Source of the DNA: Candidatus Latescibacterota bacterium
GTDB taxonomy: Bacteria; Latescibacterota; UBA2968
Direction of reading: 5' to 3'
Assembly (NCBI GenBank): GCA_965204375.1
Contig: OZ241986.1
Location: 3,424,001-3,488,000 of the forward strand
Length of the DNA stretch: 64,000 bases
The first letter of the stretch is position 1. Every line of letters begins with the position of its first letter. Of the stretch, positions 48,264 to 57,578 are shown piece after piece. The notes below the pieces were generated by a model. The model had not been told where the DNA came from and made no database searches. It saw only the letters and a list, made by a program, of their open reading frames with translations. Made by a program: the position numbers and the translations under genes.

Positions 48264-48279
48264 GCGCAAGACAAACGAC

Positions 48280-48311
48280 AAAGCCCGCACAGAATTGTGC
48301 GGGCTTTTTTT
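48280..48311 (+). terminator. Rho-independent terminator after ssb
   Basis: AAAGCCCGCACA-GAAT-TGTGCGGGCTTTTTTT. Confidence 0.85.
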
Positions 48312-48328
48312 ATCTCATAACTCATTTT

Positions 48329-49072
48329 TTAACGCCTTCCATCCCGATAAATCTCCCGTATAGCCTCAACCAGAAAATCTTCGGCAACTTGAAAAATTTG
48401 CTCGCCCATCTCTGCCGTCGCAGGACGCGGATCGCCCAACCCTCCATGATCGGTATTCTGATCAAACCGCTTGTACAGACGCAAACCCGGAATACTCTCC
48501 CGGCGACGCTGACCATCCTCGTGTAACGCATCTGTTTTCACCAGATCGGGATCTATCGCCATAATCATAGCGGTCTCACACTCGCCAGCATGCCCGGACC
48601 CCTTTGTTCCCAAGGTCAGAACATCACTTATTGTCTTATCCGACGATCCGGCATACGGCGTCGTCGTGTAAAGATTGACATCTTCATGCCCCTCCATAAC
48701 GCGCTGCCGCAAAACCGAAATATTGGCCTCATTTCCCCCGTGGCTATTAATGAGCAGAAACTGCGAAAAACCGTGTTCAATCATACAAACGAGAACATCG
48801 TTCATAATCGCCAGATGCGTCTCGGACGACGCAGAAACCGTACCGGGATACTTCATGTGATGCTGCGAATACCCCAGCCACATAACGGGAAGTATCAACA
48901 CATCCTCAGATAACCGCTTCTCAATGCGATTGACCACCTCCTGAAGAATCATCGTATCGGTAAACACGGGCAAATGCAGGCTGTGTTGTTCAATCGACGC
49001 CACGGGTATAATAACCACCAGATCCCGCGACAAAGCATCGACATCGGGAGAAGTCATATTGGCGAGAAACAT
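48329..49072 (-). CDS. Creatininase/creatinine amidohydrolase family protein
   Basis: SIEQHSLHLPVFTD, GYSQHHMKYPGT, NSHGGN, HAGECET. Confidence 0.92.
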   Translation of the reverse strand: MFLANMTSPDVDALSRDLVVIIPVASIEQHSLHLPVFTDTMILQEVVNRIEKRLSEDVLILPVMWLGYSQHHMKYPGTVSASSETHLAIMNDVLVCMIEHGFSQFLLINSHGGNEANISVLRQRVMEGHEDVNLYTTTPYAGSSDKTISDVLTLGTKGSGHAGECETAMIMAIDPDLVKTDALHEDGQRRRESIPGLRLYKRFDQNTDHGGLGDPRPATAEMGEQIFQVAEDFLVEAIREIYRDGRR

Positions 49073-49167
49073 AAAAACTCCTTAAAAAAGGGGCTGGGAC
49101 TGGGGATTGTTTATCTAAATTATTTTCTTATATTAAAAAATACAACAAAATATCCTGGAGGCACATA

Positions 49168-50154
49168 ATGGAAATGGAAAAAGCATTAAAACTCACATAT
49201 CAGGGCGAACCCCTGGGCCACTCGTCGGACGACTTTGGCGGCTTACGCAAATCCAATGACGCGATAGATGATCGCGACGAACTCCACCGCCGAATGGCGG
49301 ACGATGGCTACTTATTTCTCAAAAATTACCTGAACAAAGATGAAGTATTGGCCGCTCGCCAGGAAGTCATGGACCGGCTCATGGGCGCGGGTGTATTAGA
49401 CGAACGGTATCCGGCAATCGACGGCATTGCAGCCTCAAAAAAGAAAATTGACGGACGCGCAACCGGATCGTTTATGCCCCTGCTCGCGCGCAACAATCCC
49501 CACCTGGACAAAGTAATCCACGAAGGCCCGATCATGTCGTTTTTCGATTCCTTTTTCGGCGGACCTGCGCGCTACTTTGACTACACCTGGTTTCGAGCCA
49601 AACAACCCGGACTGCACACCGCCACCAATCCACACTGCGACATCGTCTATATGGGCCGCGGAACAAAAAACCTCTACACCGCCTGGATACCCTATGGCGA
49701 TGTACCCTCCTACATGGGCGGATTGATGCTGCTTGAAAACTCACACAAACTGCACGATCTAAAATCGGGATATGGCTCAACAGACGTCGATCTATACTGC
49801 GAAAACAAAGGCGATGCCCAGGAAATTGTAGAACGCGCGCGCGCCGAAGGGCGGAACCTGACCCATCAAGAGCGGGCTTCTGTAAAGTGGAACTCGACCG
49901 GATCTTATTCCTCTAATGCGATAGCCACCCGCAAAGAACTGGGCGGACGCTGGCTGGTATCGGAATACGAAATGGGAGACCTGCTGATATTTTCCATGTA
50001 CACCCTGCACTCAAGCTCCGACAACCACTCCAAACAATACCGCATATCATCCGACACGCGATATCAACTCGCATCGGACCCTGTTGACGAACGCTGGATT
50101 GGCGACGACCCACCTGCCCATGGCATTCGCGCCAAACGCGGAATGGTGTGTTAA
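49168..50154 (+). CDS. PhyH family dioxygenase
   Basis: DDGYLFL, PHCDIVYMGRG, LHSSSDN...RISSDTRYQ. Confidence 0.88.
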   Translation: MEMEKALKLTYQGEPLGHSSDDFGGLRKSNDAIDDRDELHRRMADDGYLFLKNYLNKDEVLAARQEVMDRLMGAGVLDERYPAIDGIAASKKKIDGRATGSFMPLLARNNPHLDKVIHEGPIMSFFDSFFGGPARYFDYTWFRAKQPGLHTATNPHCDIVYMGRGTKNLYTAWIPYGDVPSYMGGLMLLENSHKLHDLKSGYGSTDVDLYCENKGDAQEIVERARAEGRNLTHQERASVKWNSTGSYSSNAIATRKELGGRWLVSEYEMGDLLIFSMYTLHSSSDNHSKQYRISSDTRYQLASDPVDERWIGDDPPAHGIRAKRGMVC

Positions 50155-50155
50155 A

Positions 50156-50254
50156 TGAAGTGAGAAGTAAGAAGTAAGAAGTGAGAAGACCCCGCCCAAC
50201 ATCACCCCAGAGCGGGTGTTTCTTCACACTTCAACCTTCACACTTCCTACTTCC
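50156..50254. repeat. Heptamer tandem-arm inverted element: (GAAGTRA)n, spacer, (CACTTCA)n
   Basis: Direct inspection; related to the reverse complement of 55149-55260. Confidence 0.8.
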
Positions 50255-51638
50255 TCGCCCGTTCCCTGATCGCCTCAGAACCTGGATACACGGCGTCCAG
50301 CCCTTGCTGCTGAACTTGCTTCTCCCCCAGCCACGCCTTCCAATCGCCGCACGCCTGGCTCACCCCGCGCCACGTATCTCCGCATGTACCCATCGCCTCC
50401 TGCAAAAGCCCATCCATCTCCGCAACCAATTTGGGATCTTCCCCCACCAGATTGCGTTCCTCGTAGGGATCGTTCTCCAGATCGAACAAAAACCAGGGCT
50501 CACTCTCCAGACGCGCGTAATTATATCGCTCGGTTCGCACCCCCCGCCACCCGGGCCACACCGCAAAAGTGTGATGCATCGTCGTATATGCATACGCCTG
50601 CGTACGCGCATTGGACTGTCCCAGAATCGCGCCTGAAAAATCTCCTCCATCCAGACCAGCCGGAACATCAACGCCCGCCAACCCACACAGCGTCGGAAAA
50701 ATATCCGGCGTACCAAACGGCATACTCAAACTGCATCCAGCCTCAACCCTGCCCGGCCACCGAACCAAAAACGGAACCTGCGTAGATTCTCGATAAGGCC
50801 AGCGCTTACCCCGCAAACCCTGGCTACCCAGCATCTCGCCGTGATCGGATGTGTACATCACAATCGTATTATCCGCTTGTCCGCTCTCTTCCAGCGCGCG
50901 CATCAACCGCCCCCACTCAATATCCAGCCCTTCAGTCATCCCGTAATAATGGGCGTACCAATCGCTCACATTGCTGGCCCTATTACCCGTCAGCTTTGAC
51001 GTATTCGGATGCAATTTCAAATCCCTATCCAGATAAGGTGCGACATAGGGATCCGGTGCTATAAGCGGCGGATGCGGCGGACCCCACGACATAAACAAAC
51101 ACCACGGTCCAGCCCCTGCCCGATTTTTAATATACTCAATCGCCCTATCCGTCTCGATCTGAGACCGATAAAATCCACTGCCCGCAACCGGGTCTCTGCT
51201 ATCGGTGACATAAGCCCACTCGTAGTAATTATGCGCATTGTCACCCACATACCATTCATCGTCAAAACCCAGGCGCAACGGATCGCCCGCATCGACCTGA
51301 ATCTCGCCCAAATGCCACTTGCCAATATACCCGCACCGATATCCGGCTGCGCTAAGCGCCGTGCCAATACACGGATACACACTCAAATCGGGATAAAACC
51401 GATTGGTCGTCACCCCCGTGTGATGACCGTATTTACCCGTCATCAACATCGCGCGATAAGGCGTACAAACAGGCGTACTCGAAACCGCTGCATCCAGACG
51501 CATCCCCTCAGCGGCAAATGCATCAAACTGAGGCGTGTTGAGATCCTCATCACCATAATAGCACCCCATCGCAGACGCCCGCTGCTGATCTGAAAAAACA
51601 TACAATATATTCGGCCTCTCCTGCCTACCATCGGACAT
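50247..51638 (-). CDS. Cys-type sulfatase
   Basis: RPNILYVFSDQ, CTPYR, IGKWHL, TSDHGEM, FDLENDPYE. Confidence 0.93.
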   Translation of the reverse strand: MSDGRQERPNILYVFSDQQRASAMGCYYGDEDLNTPQFDAFAAEGMRLDAAVSSTPVCTPYRAMLMTGKYGHHTGVTTNRFYPDLSVYPCIGTALSAAGYRCGYIGKWHLGEIQVDAGDPLRLGFDDEWYVGDNAHNYYEWAYVTDSRDPVAGSGFYRSQIETDRAIEYIKNRAGAGPWCLFMSWGPPHPPLIAPDPYVAPYLDRDLKLHPNTSKLTGNRASNVSDWYAHYYGMTEGLDIEWGRLMRALEESGQADNTIVMYTSDHGEMLGSQGLRGKRWPYRESTQVPFLVRWPGRVEAGCSLSMPFGTPDIFPTLCGLAGVDVPAGLDGGDFSGAILGQSNARTQAYAYTTMHHTFAVWPGWRGVRTERYNYARLESEPWFLFDLENDPYEERNLVGEDPKLVAEMDGLLQEAMGTCGDTWRGVSQACGDWKAWLGEKQVQQQGLDAVYPGSEAIRERARK

Positions 51639-51758
51639 GGAAAATCTCCTTCCACTGGTAAATTTAAAGATTGAAAAAAAATCCTCGACACAATATAATG
51701 CACACTCAGAGCAAGTCAAAGATTCGCATACCAATGTAAAAACCACATCGGCCTATAA

Positions 51759-52946
51759 ATGAAACTCCAAAACGACGACATCATCATCGACGACAACTTT
51801 CCGTGCAGCAGTGCCGGAGAAATGCGAATAATAGACTCTGACATAAGCGAAATCGGATACAAACCAGAAGAAATCCCGCAATGGTTCCAGGACCTGTTAG
51901 ACGAACTATTCGACGGCGCAGGCGTACCCAAAGAATACATGGCGCATGTGCGCGTGCGTCATCTCGGCAACCACGCAAAGTGGGCAACATTGCGATTTCT
52001 ACTCAGCCCAAAAGGCGCGAACTACATGTATCCCCCCTGGTGGATCTGGCGAGAAAACACGGGATGGGCGTGGGTACCTTATGAAAACACGGACTTTCAC
52101 CCGACAGAACACATCGACATATCCGTTCATCTGCAACCCGGAGAAATCATCCGCATCGCATCTGCCCCTTATGAAGATCCATCCGCCGTATGCGAAAAAG
52201 CGCGGCAACTATCCAAACAATACGACATCTGGACTTACCGGGAAATCGGTCACTCTGCACAGGGACGACCGATCTGCGTATTGGAAACCGAACCGCGCGA
52301 CCTGATCCTACTCGTCGATGCCACAATGCAATCGTGCGAACCCGTACCATGGGGCATCTTGCACGTAGCCCATGGATTAACCATCCCAACCGCACGCACA
52401 CAGCGATTATTAGACCACATACAATTCTGCCTCATGCCCATCACAAATCCCGACGGCGTATGCGAAGGACGCAGCGTAACCAATGCCATGGGCGAAGTCC
52501 CAAAATTTGGAATCAACCACCTCGTAGAAGGCAAAAGCGCACCCAGAGAAACCGCGGCACTGTGGCAGTATTTCCTCGACAAAAAGCCAGATGCATCTAT
52601 TGAAGTCCACGCCCACTTCACGCGACCGGATTTCACGCGAAGCATTGGCATGCACGACAAAGCATCCATGCCGCACCATCTTCGGACAAAAGCGGAAATC
52701 CTCGAACAAGCAATCTTCGAAAACTACCACATTGAACCATTAAAAAATCGAAAAGTATTAATCGATCCGCGACAACCCGAACACAACGTCTATGGCGACA
52801 AACACATCTGTGAACAAGCCAGCACAATCCGCACCTTTTTACAAGCCATCCCCGACAGCATTGACGCGCACAACGCCGACGTAAAAGAAATGGTAGAAAC
52901 CGTCGCCCACGCGCTCATCAAATGGCGGGAAGCTGGTGCGGCATAG
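51759..52946 (+). CDS. M14 zinc carboxypeptidase-like protein
   Basis: IGHSAQGRPI, MQSCEP (HxxE variant), PITNPDG, PRETAAL, IEVH. Confidence 0.7.
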   Translation: MKLQNDDIIIDDNFPCSSAGEMRIIDSDISEIGYKPEEIPQWFQDLLDELFDGAGVPKEYMAHVRVRHLGNHAKWATLRFLLSPKGANYMYPPWWIWRENTGWAWVPYENTDFHPTEHIDISVHLQPGEIIRIASAPYEDPSAVCEKARQLSKQYDIWTYREIGHSAQGRPICVLETEPRDLILLVDATMQSCEPVPWGILHVAHGLTIPTARTQRLLDHIQFCLMPITNPDGVCEGRSVTNAMGEVPKFGINHLVEGKSAPRETAALWQYFLDKKPDASIEVHAHFTRPDFTRSIGMHDKASMPHHLRTKAEILEQAIFENYHIEPLKNRKVLIDPRQPEHNVYGDKHICEQASTIRTFLQAIPDSIDAHNADVKEMVETVAHALIKWREAGAA

Positions 52947-52983
52947 AGGTATAATCCACGAATCGTCAAAAAATGACACAACC

Positions 52984-53010
52984 GTAGGGACGGTGCTCCT
53001 GTGCCCGCCC
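52984..53010 (+). repeat. GTAG-family REP-like imperfect palindrome
   Basis: GTAGGGACGGTGCTCCTGTGCCCGCCC. Confidence 0.6.
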
Positions 53011-53047
53011 AACTGTTTAATCACATGTTTTCAGAAAGGAAAATCCA

Positions 53048-53617
53048 ATGGCAACACACCTATCCCCAGAAGAACAAGCCGAAGGATTCGAACACTTATT
53101 CAACGGCAAAGACCTGAACGACTGGAAAATTATCGGACCGGAAGAAGGTTGGGAAGTTCAAAACGGCTTAATGGTATGCAATGGCGAAGGCAGAGGATGG
53201 ATTCGCCCCAAAGCCATGTACACAGACTTTGTATTGCGCCTGGACTATCGAAACAGCGCGGGAGGAAACAGCGGAATCTTCCTGCGGACAAGCGAAGAAG
53301 GGCGCCCCGCCTATCAGGGAATGGAAATACAAATTTACGACGTACCGCACGACCCACTCAACAATAAATCAAACGGCGCGATCTACGACGCGGTCGCCCC
53401 CACCGTTGATCCGTCTCATCCGGCGGGGGAATGGAACGCAATTGAAGTATCATGCCAGGGAACAATGGTAAACGTCATCATCAACGGGCGCGAAGTCATA
53501 TCCTGTGACACAAGCAAACACCCGGACCTCAAAGACCGCTTAAAAACCGGATACATTGGCCTTCAAAACCACCGCAGCCCCATTGACTTTCGCAATGTAC
53601 GGATTAAAACAGGCTAA
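53048..53617 (+). CDS. DUF1080 (3-keto-disaccharide hydrolase-like) protein
   Basis: LFNGKDLNDW, GNSGIFLR, MEIQI, GAIY, GEWN, GYIGLQNH, FRNVRIK. Confidence 0.93.
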   Translation: MATHLSPEEQAEGFEHLFNGKDLNDWKIIGPEEGWEVQNGLMVCNGEGRGWIRPKAMYTDFVLRLDYRNSAGGNSGIFLRTSEEGRPAYQGMEIQIYDVPHDPLNNKSNGAIYDAVAPTVDPSHPAGEWNAIEVSCQGTMVNVIINGREVISCDTSKHPDLKDRLKTGYIGLQNHRSPIDFRNVRIKTG

Positions 53618-53625
53618 AGACCTTC

Positions 53626-53686
53626 TGGATCGCGGCTTTAACCATGCCGCGATGACACACGGGACGGCACGGGGGCCGTCCCCTAC
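53626..53686 (-). repeat. Two adjacent REP-like palindromes (TGGATCGCGGC...GCCGCGATGAC and GTAG-type GTAGGGGACGGCCCCCGTGCCGTCCC)
   Basis: Direct inspection; they lie between convergent genes. Confidence 0.6.
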
Positions 53687-53708
53687 AACACCTTAATCAC
53701 TTGAATAT

Positions 53709-55061
53709 TCATGCCTTAAACGCTGCCAACACCCGATCAAACGCCTGAGCCGTCTGATCGATATCCGCATCGCTGTGAACAGCAGAAATAACGCCACCGG
53801 GCCAGGGCATCACATCGACCCCCTCTGCAATCAGACCGCAGCGAAGATAGTGAATCTGCTTCATCGAAATCCCGCCTTTGAGAACAGAATGGGGCACTGT
53901 ACCATCGTAAATATCCGAACATGTGTACGTCTGATCCTCGGACAACGGCAAAAATTGAAACCCCGAAAACTCGCCGTACACAAGCCAATTTAATCCGCGT
54001 CTCTGAATCACATCATTGAGCGCGTTCCTCAACACCTCGCCATTCCGATTAGCGCGCTCAGTAATATCATCTTCCGCAACAATTTTAAGCGTCGTCAACC
54101 CCGCCCGCGCTGAAACTGGATTCGAATTAAACGTACCCTGGTGTGGCACGCGATATCTGTCATTCCACGAAGCATCGTCTCGATACGTCATCACATCGAG
54201 CAAATCCGCGCGCCCCGCAATCGCGCCGCCGGGAAACCCACCCGCAACAATCTTGGCCAAAAGGCACAAATCGGGCGTCACCCCATAATATTCCTGAGCA
54301 CCCCCGGGCGCAACGCGAAAACCCGTAATCACCTCATCAAAAATGAGCAAAACCCCGTACTCACGTGTAACCGCGCGAAGCTGGCGCAAAAACTCGCCCT
54401 GCGTGGGAACACGCCCAAAACTCGCACCCGTAGGCTCCAGAATAACCGCGGCAATATCGTCCCGACTCTCAAGTGCCTGTGTGACCTGATCGATATTATT
54501 CGGCTCGCACAACACGGCATTTTCGATATGATCCTCTGTAATACCGCTCGGAGGCGTACCGTCAAAACTGGTCGAAGCGCCAAAAGCCACCTGATCGTGC
54601 CACCCGTGAAAATTCGTCGTAAAACGCAAAATCTTAGACTTATTCTGAAAAGCCCGCGCAACGCGCAACCCCAACAGACTCGCCTCTGTACCCGACGACG
54701 TAAAACGCACCTTATCGGCACACGGCACCATCCGAATAATCTGCTCTGCCCATTCCAATTCCAACTCGTGCGACGCGCCGTAATGAGTCCCCCTGCTCAA
54801 CTGCTCCCGCACCGCTTCGGTCACCTCCGGATGATTATGCCCCAAAATCAGCGCACCGTGACCCCCAAAATAATCGACATATTCACACCCATCCACATCC
54901 CACTTGCGCCCCCCCTGTGCCCGAGCAATAGAAAGCGGATAAGGCATCAAATAGCGCGTATCGTGCGTCACCCCACTGGGAAAAGTCTCCCGCGCCCGCT
55001 GGTATAACGCACGGGACTTTGGCGTCTTTGCCATATATTTTTCAATCAACAAATCGCTCAT
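53709..55061 (-). CDS. Class III aminotransferase (glutamate-1-semialdehyde aminomutase-like)
   Basis: WDVDGCEYVD, SSGTEA, FHGWHD, LIFDEVITGFR, AKIVAGGFP, GTFNSNP. Confidence 0.9.
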   Translation of the reverse strand: MSDLLIEKYMAKTPKSRALYQRARETFPSGVTHDTRYLMPYPLSIARAQGGRKWDVDGCEYVDYFGGHGALILGHNHPEVTEAVREQLSRGTHYGASHELELEWAEQIIRMVPCADKVRFTSSGTEASLLGLRVARAFQNKSKILRFTTNFHGWHDQVAFGASTSFDGTPPSGITEDHIENAVLCEPNNIDQVTQALESRDDIAAVILEPTGASFGRVPTQGEFLRQLRAVTREYGVLLIFDEVITGFRVAPGGAQEYYGVTPDLCLLAKIVAGGFPGGAIAGRADLLDVMTYRDDASWNDRYRVPHQGTFNSNPVSARAGLTTLKIVAEDDITERANRNGEVLRNALNDVIQRRGLNWLVYGEFSGFQFLPLSEDQTYTCSDIYDGTVPHSVLKGGISMKQIHYLRCGLIAEGVDVMPWPGGVISAVHSDADIDQTAQAFDRVLAAFKA

Positions 55062-55148
55062 CTTTTGTCCTTTCAGTTTTTCAATATCTACACAATCTCC
55101 CATTGACAGTAAAAGATACGGTTCTGAGCATGTGCATGCAACTGCCTT

Positions 55149-55260
55149 GGAAGTGTGAAGTAGGAAGTGTGAAGTGTGAAATGAAGTACCAGCCTTTGGG
55201 TGGTGTAGGGTGGCCTTCTTACTTCTCACTTCTCTCTTCTTACTTCTTTTCCCTTCATTC
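55149..55260. repeat. Heptamer tandem-arm inverted element
   Basis: (GAAGTGT)n, spacer, (ACTTCTY)n; related to 50156-50254. Confidence 0.8.
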
Positions 55261-55335
55261 ACACTTGCGCGTATTTATAGACCTTGTTACCTTGTATAAC
55301 TATATTTAAATGCGTTTAAATCCGAAGGAGAATTT

Positions 55336-56055
55336 ATGCATCTTGCGCTGGAAAACAAAGTCGCTATAATTGTAGGAAGCAGTTCGGGAATGGGAAAAGC
55401 GACCGCGCGATCTTATGCTCAGGCAGGCGCCAGCGTGGTACTGGCAGCGCGAAGCAAAGACAAATTAGACGACCTTGCATCAGAAATAGGAAACCGCGCA
55501 ATCGCCTGTCCCACAGACGCGCGGGATGTGGAACAGGTAAACCACTTAATTCAGACAACACTGGATAAATTCGAGCAAATCGATATTCTCGTGTACGCCA
55601 CGGGAACAAATATCCCGGACCGCAGCCTCGAAGTATTGACCTATGAAACGTGGGAAATGATGATTGGCACAAATCTGACCGGCGCATTCAACTGCACAAA
55701 AGCGGTATTGCCCACCATGCGAAAACAGCAATCGGGCCTGATCATCTATCTATCTTCCGGATGTGTACAATCGCCCGATGTATCCGGCGTATCTTATCAG
55801 GCATCCAAGCACGGCATGTCTGGCCTGGCGCACGGGACATTCCAAGAAGAACAGGAAAACGGCATTCGCACCACAGTAATCTTCCCCGGATTGTGCGACA
55901 CGCCCATCGTCTTAAAGCGCCCTACACCCACACCCCCAGAAGTCATGGCCAAAGCACTAAAGCCAGAAGACGTAGCCGATGCATGTCTATACGTAGCGAC
56001 CACGCCTTCGCGTGCGCGGATACCCGAACTCATTCTCTTGCCCGCGGGATTGTAA
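55336..56055 (+). CDS. Short-chain dehydrogenase/reductase
   Basis: VGSSSGMG, YQASK, PGLCDT. Confidence 0.92.
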   Translation: MHLALENKVAIIVGSSSGMGKATARSYAQAGASVVLAARSKDKLDDLASEIGNRAIACPTDARDVEQVNHLIQTTLDKFEQIDILVYATGTNIPDRSLEVLTYETWEMMIGTNLTGAFNCTKAVLPTMRKQQSGLIIYLSSGCVQSPDVSGVSYQASKHGMSGLAHGTFQEEQENGIRTTVIFPGLCDTPIVLKRPTPTPPEVMAKALKPEDVADACLYVATTPSRARIPELILLPAGL

Positions 56056-56058
56056 TAC

Positions 56059-56259
56059 TTACTCAGATGATGAGAGTTTTTGTTTTAAGCGAGCAACCAC
56101 ATCTGCGCTGAGACCATCTTCTGGCTCAACGCTCTCTCGCTCATCCAGTACTGCACGAATCTCGTCAAAAGATGCGCGACCCAATTTTTCAAGCAAGGCG
56201 GCATAAGCAGCCTTTTGTGAATCGGTATCGGATACGGGTCGAACAGTGTAGCGGCTCAT
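56059..56259 (-). CDS. Small hypothetical protein, possibly an antitoxin remnant
   Basis: 66 aa ORF with RBS AAGGAG; no firm family motif. Confidence 0.5.
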   Translation of the reverse strand: MSRYTVRPVSDTDSQKAAYAALLEKLGRASFDEIRAVLDERESVEPEDGLSADVVARLKQKLSSSE

Positions 56260-56378
56260 ACTTTACTCCTTTAAGTGCGCAACGAAATTTCCTCATAATT
56301 ATCGCATCTTATCTGGTGTCATGCAAGCCTATATATTCAGAAATTTCTTTACAATTTTCAAAAACTTGGGTTATCTAC

Positions 56379-57188
56379 ATGTCGCAATCTATTCTTGAGC
56401 CAGAAGGCACAGCGCATCTCACACAGGCGCAGGTCGCGCAATTTGTGAATGATGGATTTGTCATCGTCCCGGGTCTCGTCGATCCAGACCGCGTACGCGC
56501 GGGACTGAAAGAACTAAAAAATAAAACCGGCATCGTGCCCGATGAGTCAAAAACATGGCCCAAAGACAAAAATGGCATGCATGTAACTCAGGAAGGCATT
56601 ACAATTGACCGGACCCTGTGTATCTCACCCAGGCTAAAAGCGATCGTGTGTGAACTCGCCGGACCGGCTATCACCAATGAGCCGGGATTAAGCCCCATAT
56701 TGCGATTTCCGCAGCAGGGACCCAAACAATTTGAACCGGGTGGCGCGCATATCGATGGCACGCGCCAGGGCAACGGCCTCACCGTATATCCCACCCACTT
56801 TCTCCTCCTCGTCATGGCCTATCTCACAGACACGGATGCACACGACGGCGCATTCACCGTATGGCCGGGTAGCCCGCGACAGGTATTTTCCTGGGCGTAC
56901 TCCAACAACATCGACCTCGGAGAAAAATGGCGCACAACGGGCAGCACGGGCGCGCCGGACATCCCACTCAACGATCCAATCCCCGTCGTCGCACGGGCGG
57001 GCGACGTGGCGATATGCCATTATCTGATGGTACACGCCTCTTCCGCCAACCGGGGCGACCACGTCCGCGTTGGGCTTCACGGATGGCTGAGGGCAGACCC
57101 CGAATATCAATACGTTCCAAAAACGGGACCACCTCAAACGGACTGGACCCCGTTGGACTGGATATTGAGAACGGACAATTTACACTGA
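56379..57188 (+). CDS. PhyH family dioxygenase
   Basis: QFVNDGFV, AHIDG, YLTD, GAFTVWPGS, AGDV...HYLMVHASSAN. Confidence 0.88.
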   Translation: MSQSILEPEGTAHLTQAQVAQFVNDGFVIVPGLVDPDRVRAGLKELKNKTGIVPDESKTWPKDKNGMHVTQEGITIDRTLCISPRLKAIVCELAGPAITNEPGLSPILRFPQQGPKQFEPGGAHIDGTRQGNGLTVYPTHFLLLVMAYLTDTDAHDGAFTVWPGSPRQVFSWAYSNNIDLGEKWRTTGSTGAPDIPLNDPIPVVARAGDVAICHYLMVHASSANRGDHVRVGLHGWLRADPEYQYVPKTGPPQTDWTPLDWILRTDNLH

Positions 57189-57349
57189 GAAAGGAGGTCC
57201 TTATTAATGCTGAGAGTTAGTAATTTTTGAAGAAGAAAAATCGAGTCGTTGGTAGAGAAAGTCTTGCACGGGATCATCCTTGTCAGAACCATAAACAAAC
57301 ATAGGACGGTTCAAAGGGAATCCGCCACACCTTCACGAAAGAAAACACG

Positions 57350-57562
57350 GTGCAAATGCCAACTATCGAAACCCGCGTTGCTTCTCTTGAAGCCGTCCAG
57401 TCGCAAATCAATGAGCGTCTGGGCAATATTGAGCAAGAGTTGCGAGCCATCCGCCAGGACGCACGGCAAAACACACGATGGATGTTTGGCTTGCTGGCCA
57501 CGGTGTTGCTTGCCAACATCGGCACGGCAATTTCAATCATCATCGTCCTGGCAAAACCATAA
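57350..57562 (+). CDS. Small coiled-coil protein with C-terminal membrane anchor
   Basis: Heptad N-terminus followed by RWMFGLLATVLLANIGTAISIIIVL. Confidence 0.65.
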   Translation: MQMPTIETRVASLEAVQSQINERLGNIEQELRAIRQDARQNTRWMFGLLATVLLANIGTAISIIIVLAKP

Positions 57563-57578
57563 ACAAAGGAGTTGACAC

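Noticed and set aside
53709-55061. Gene symbol hemL
   Set aside because: Family-level match only; no tetrapyrrole context, and paralogues are common
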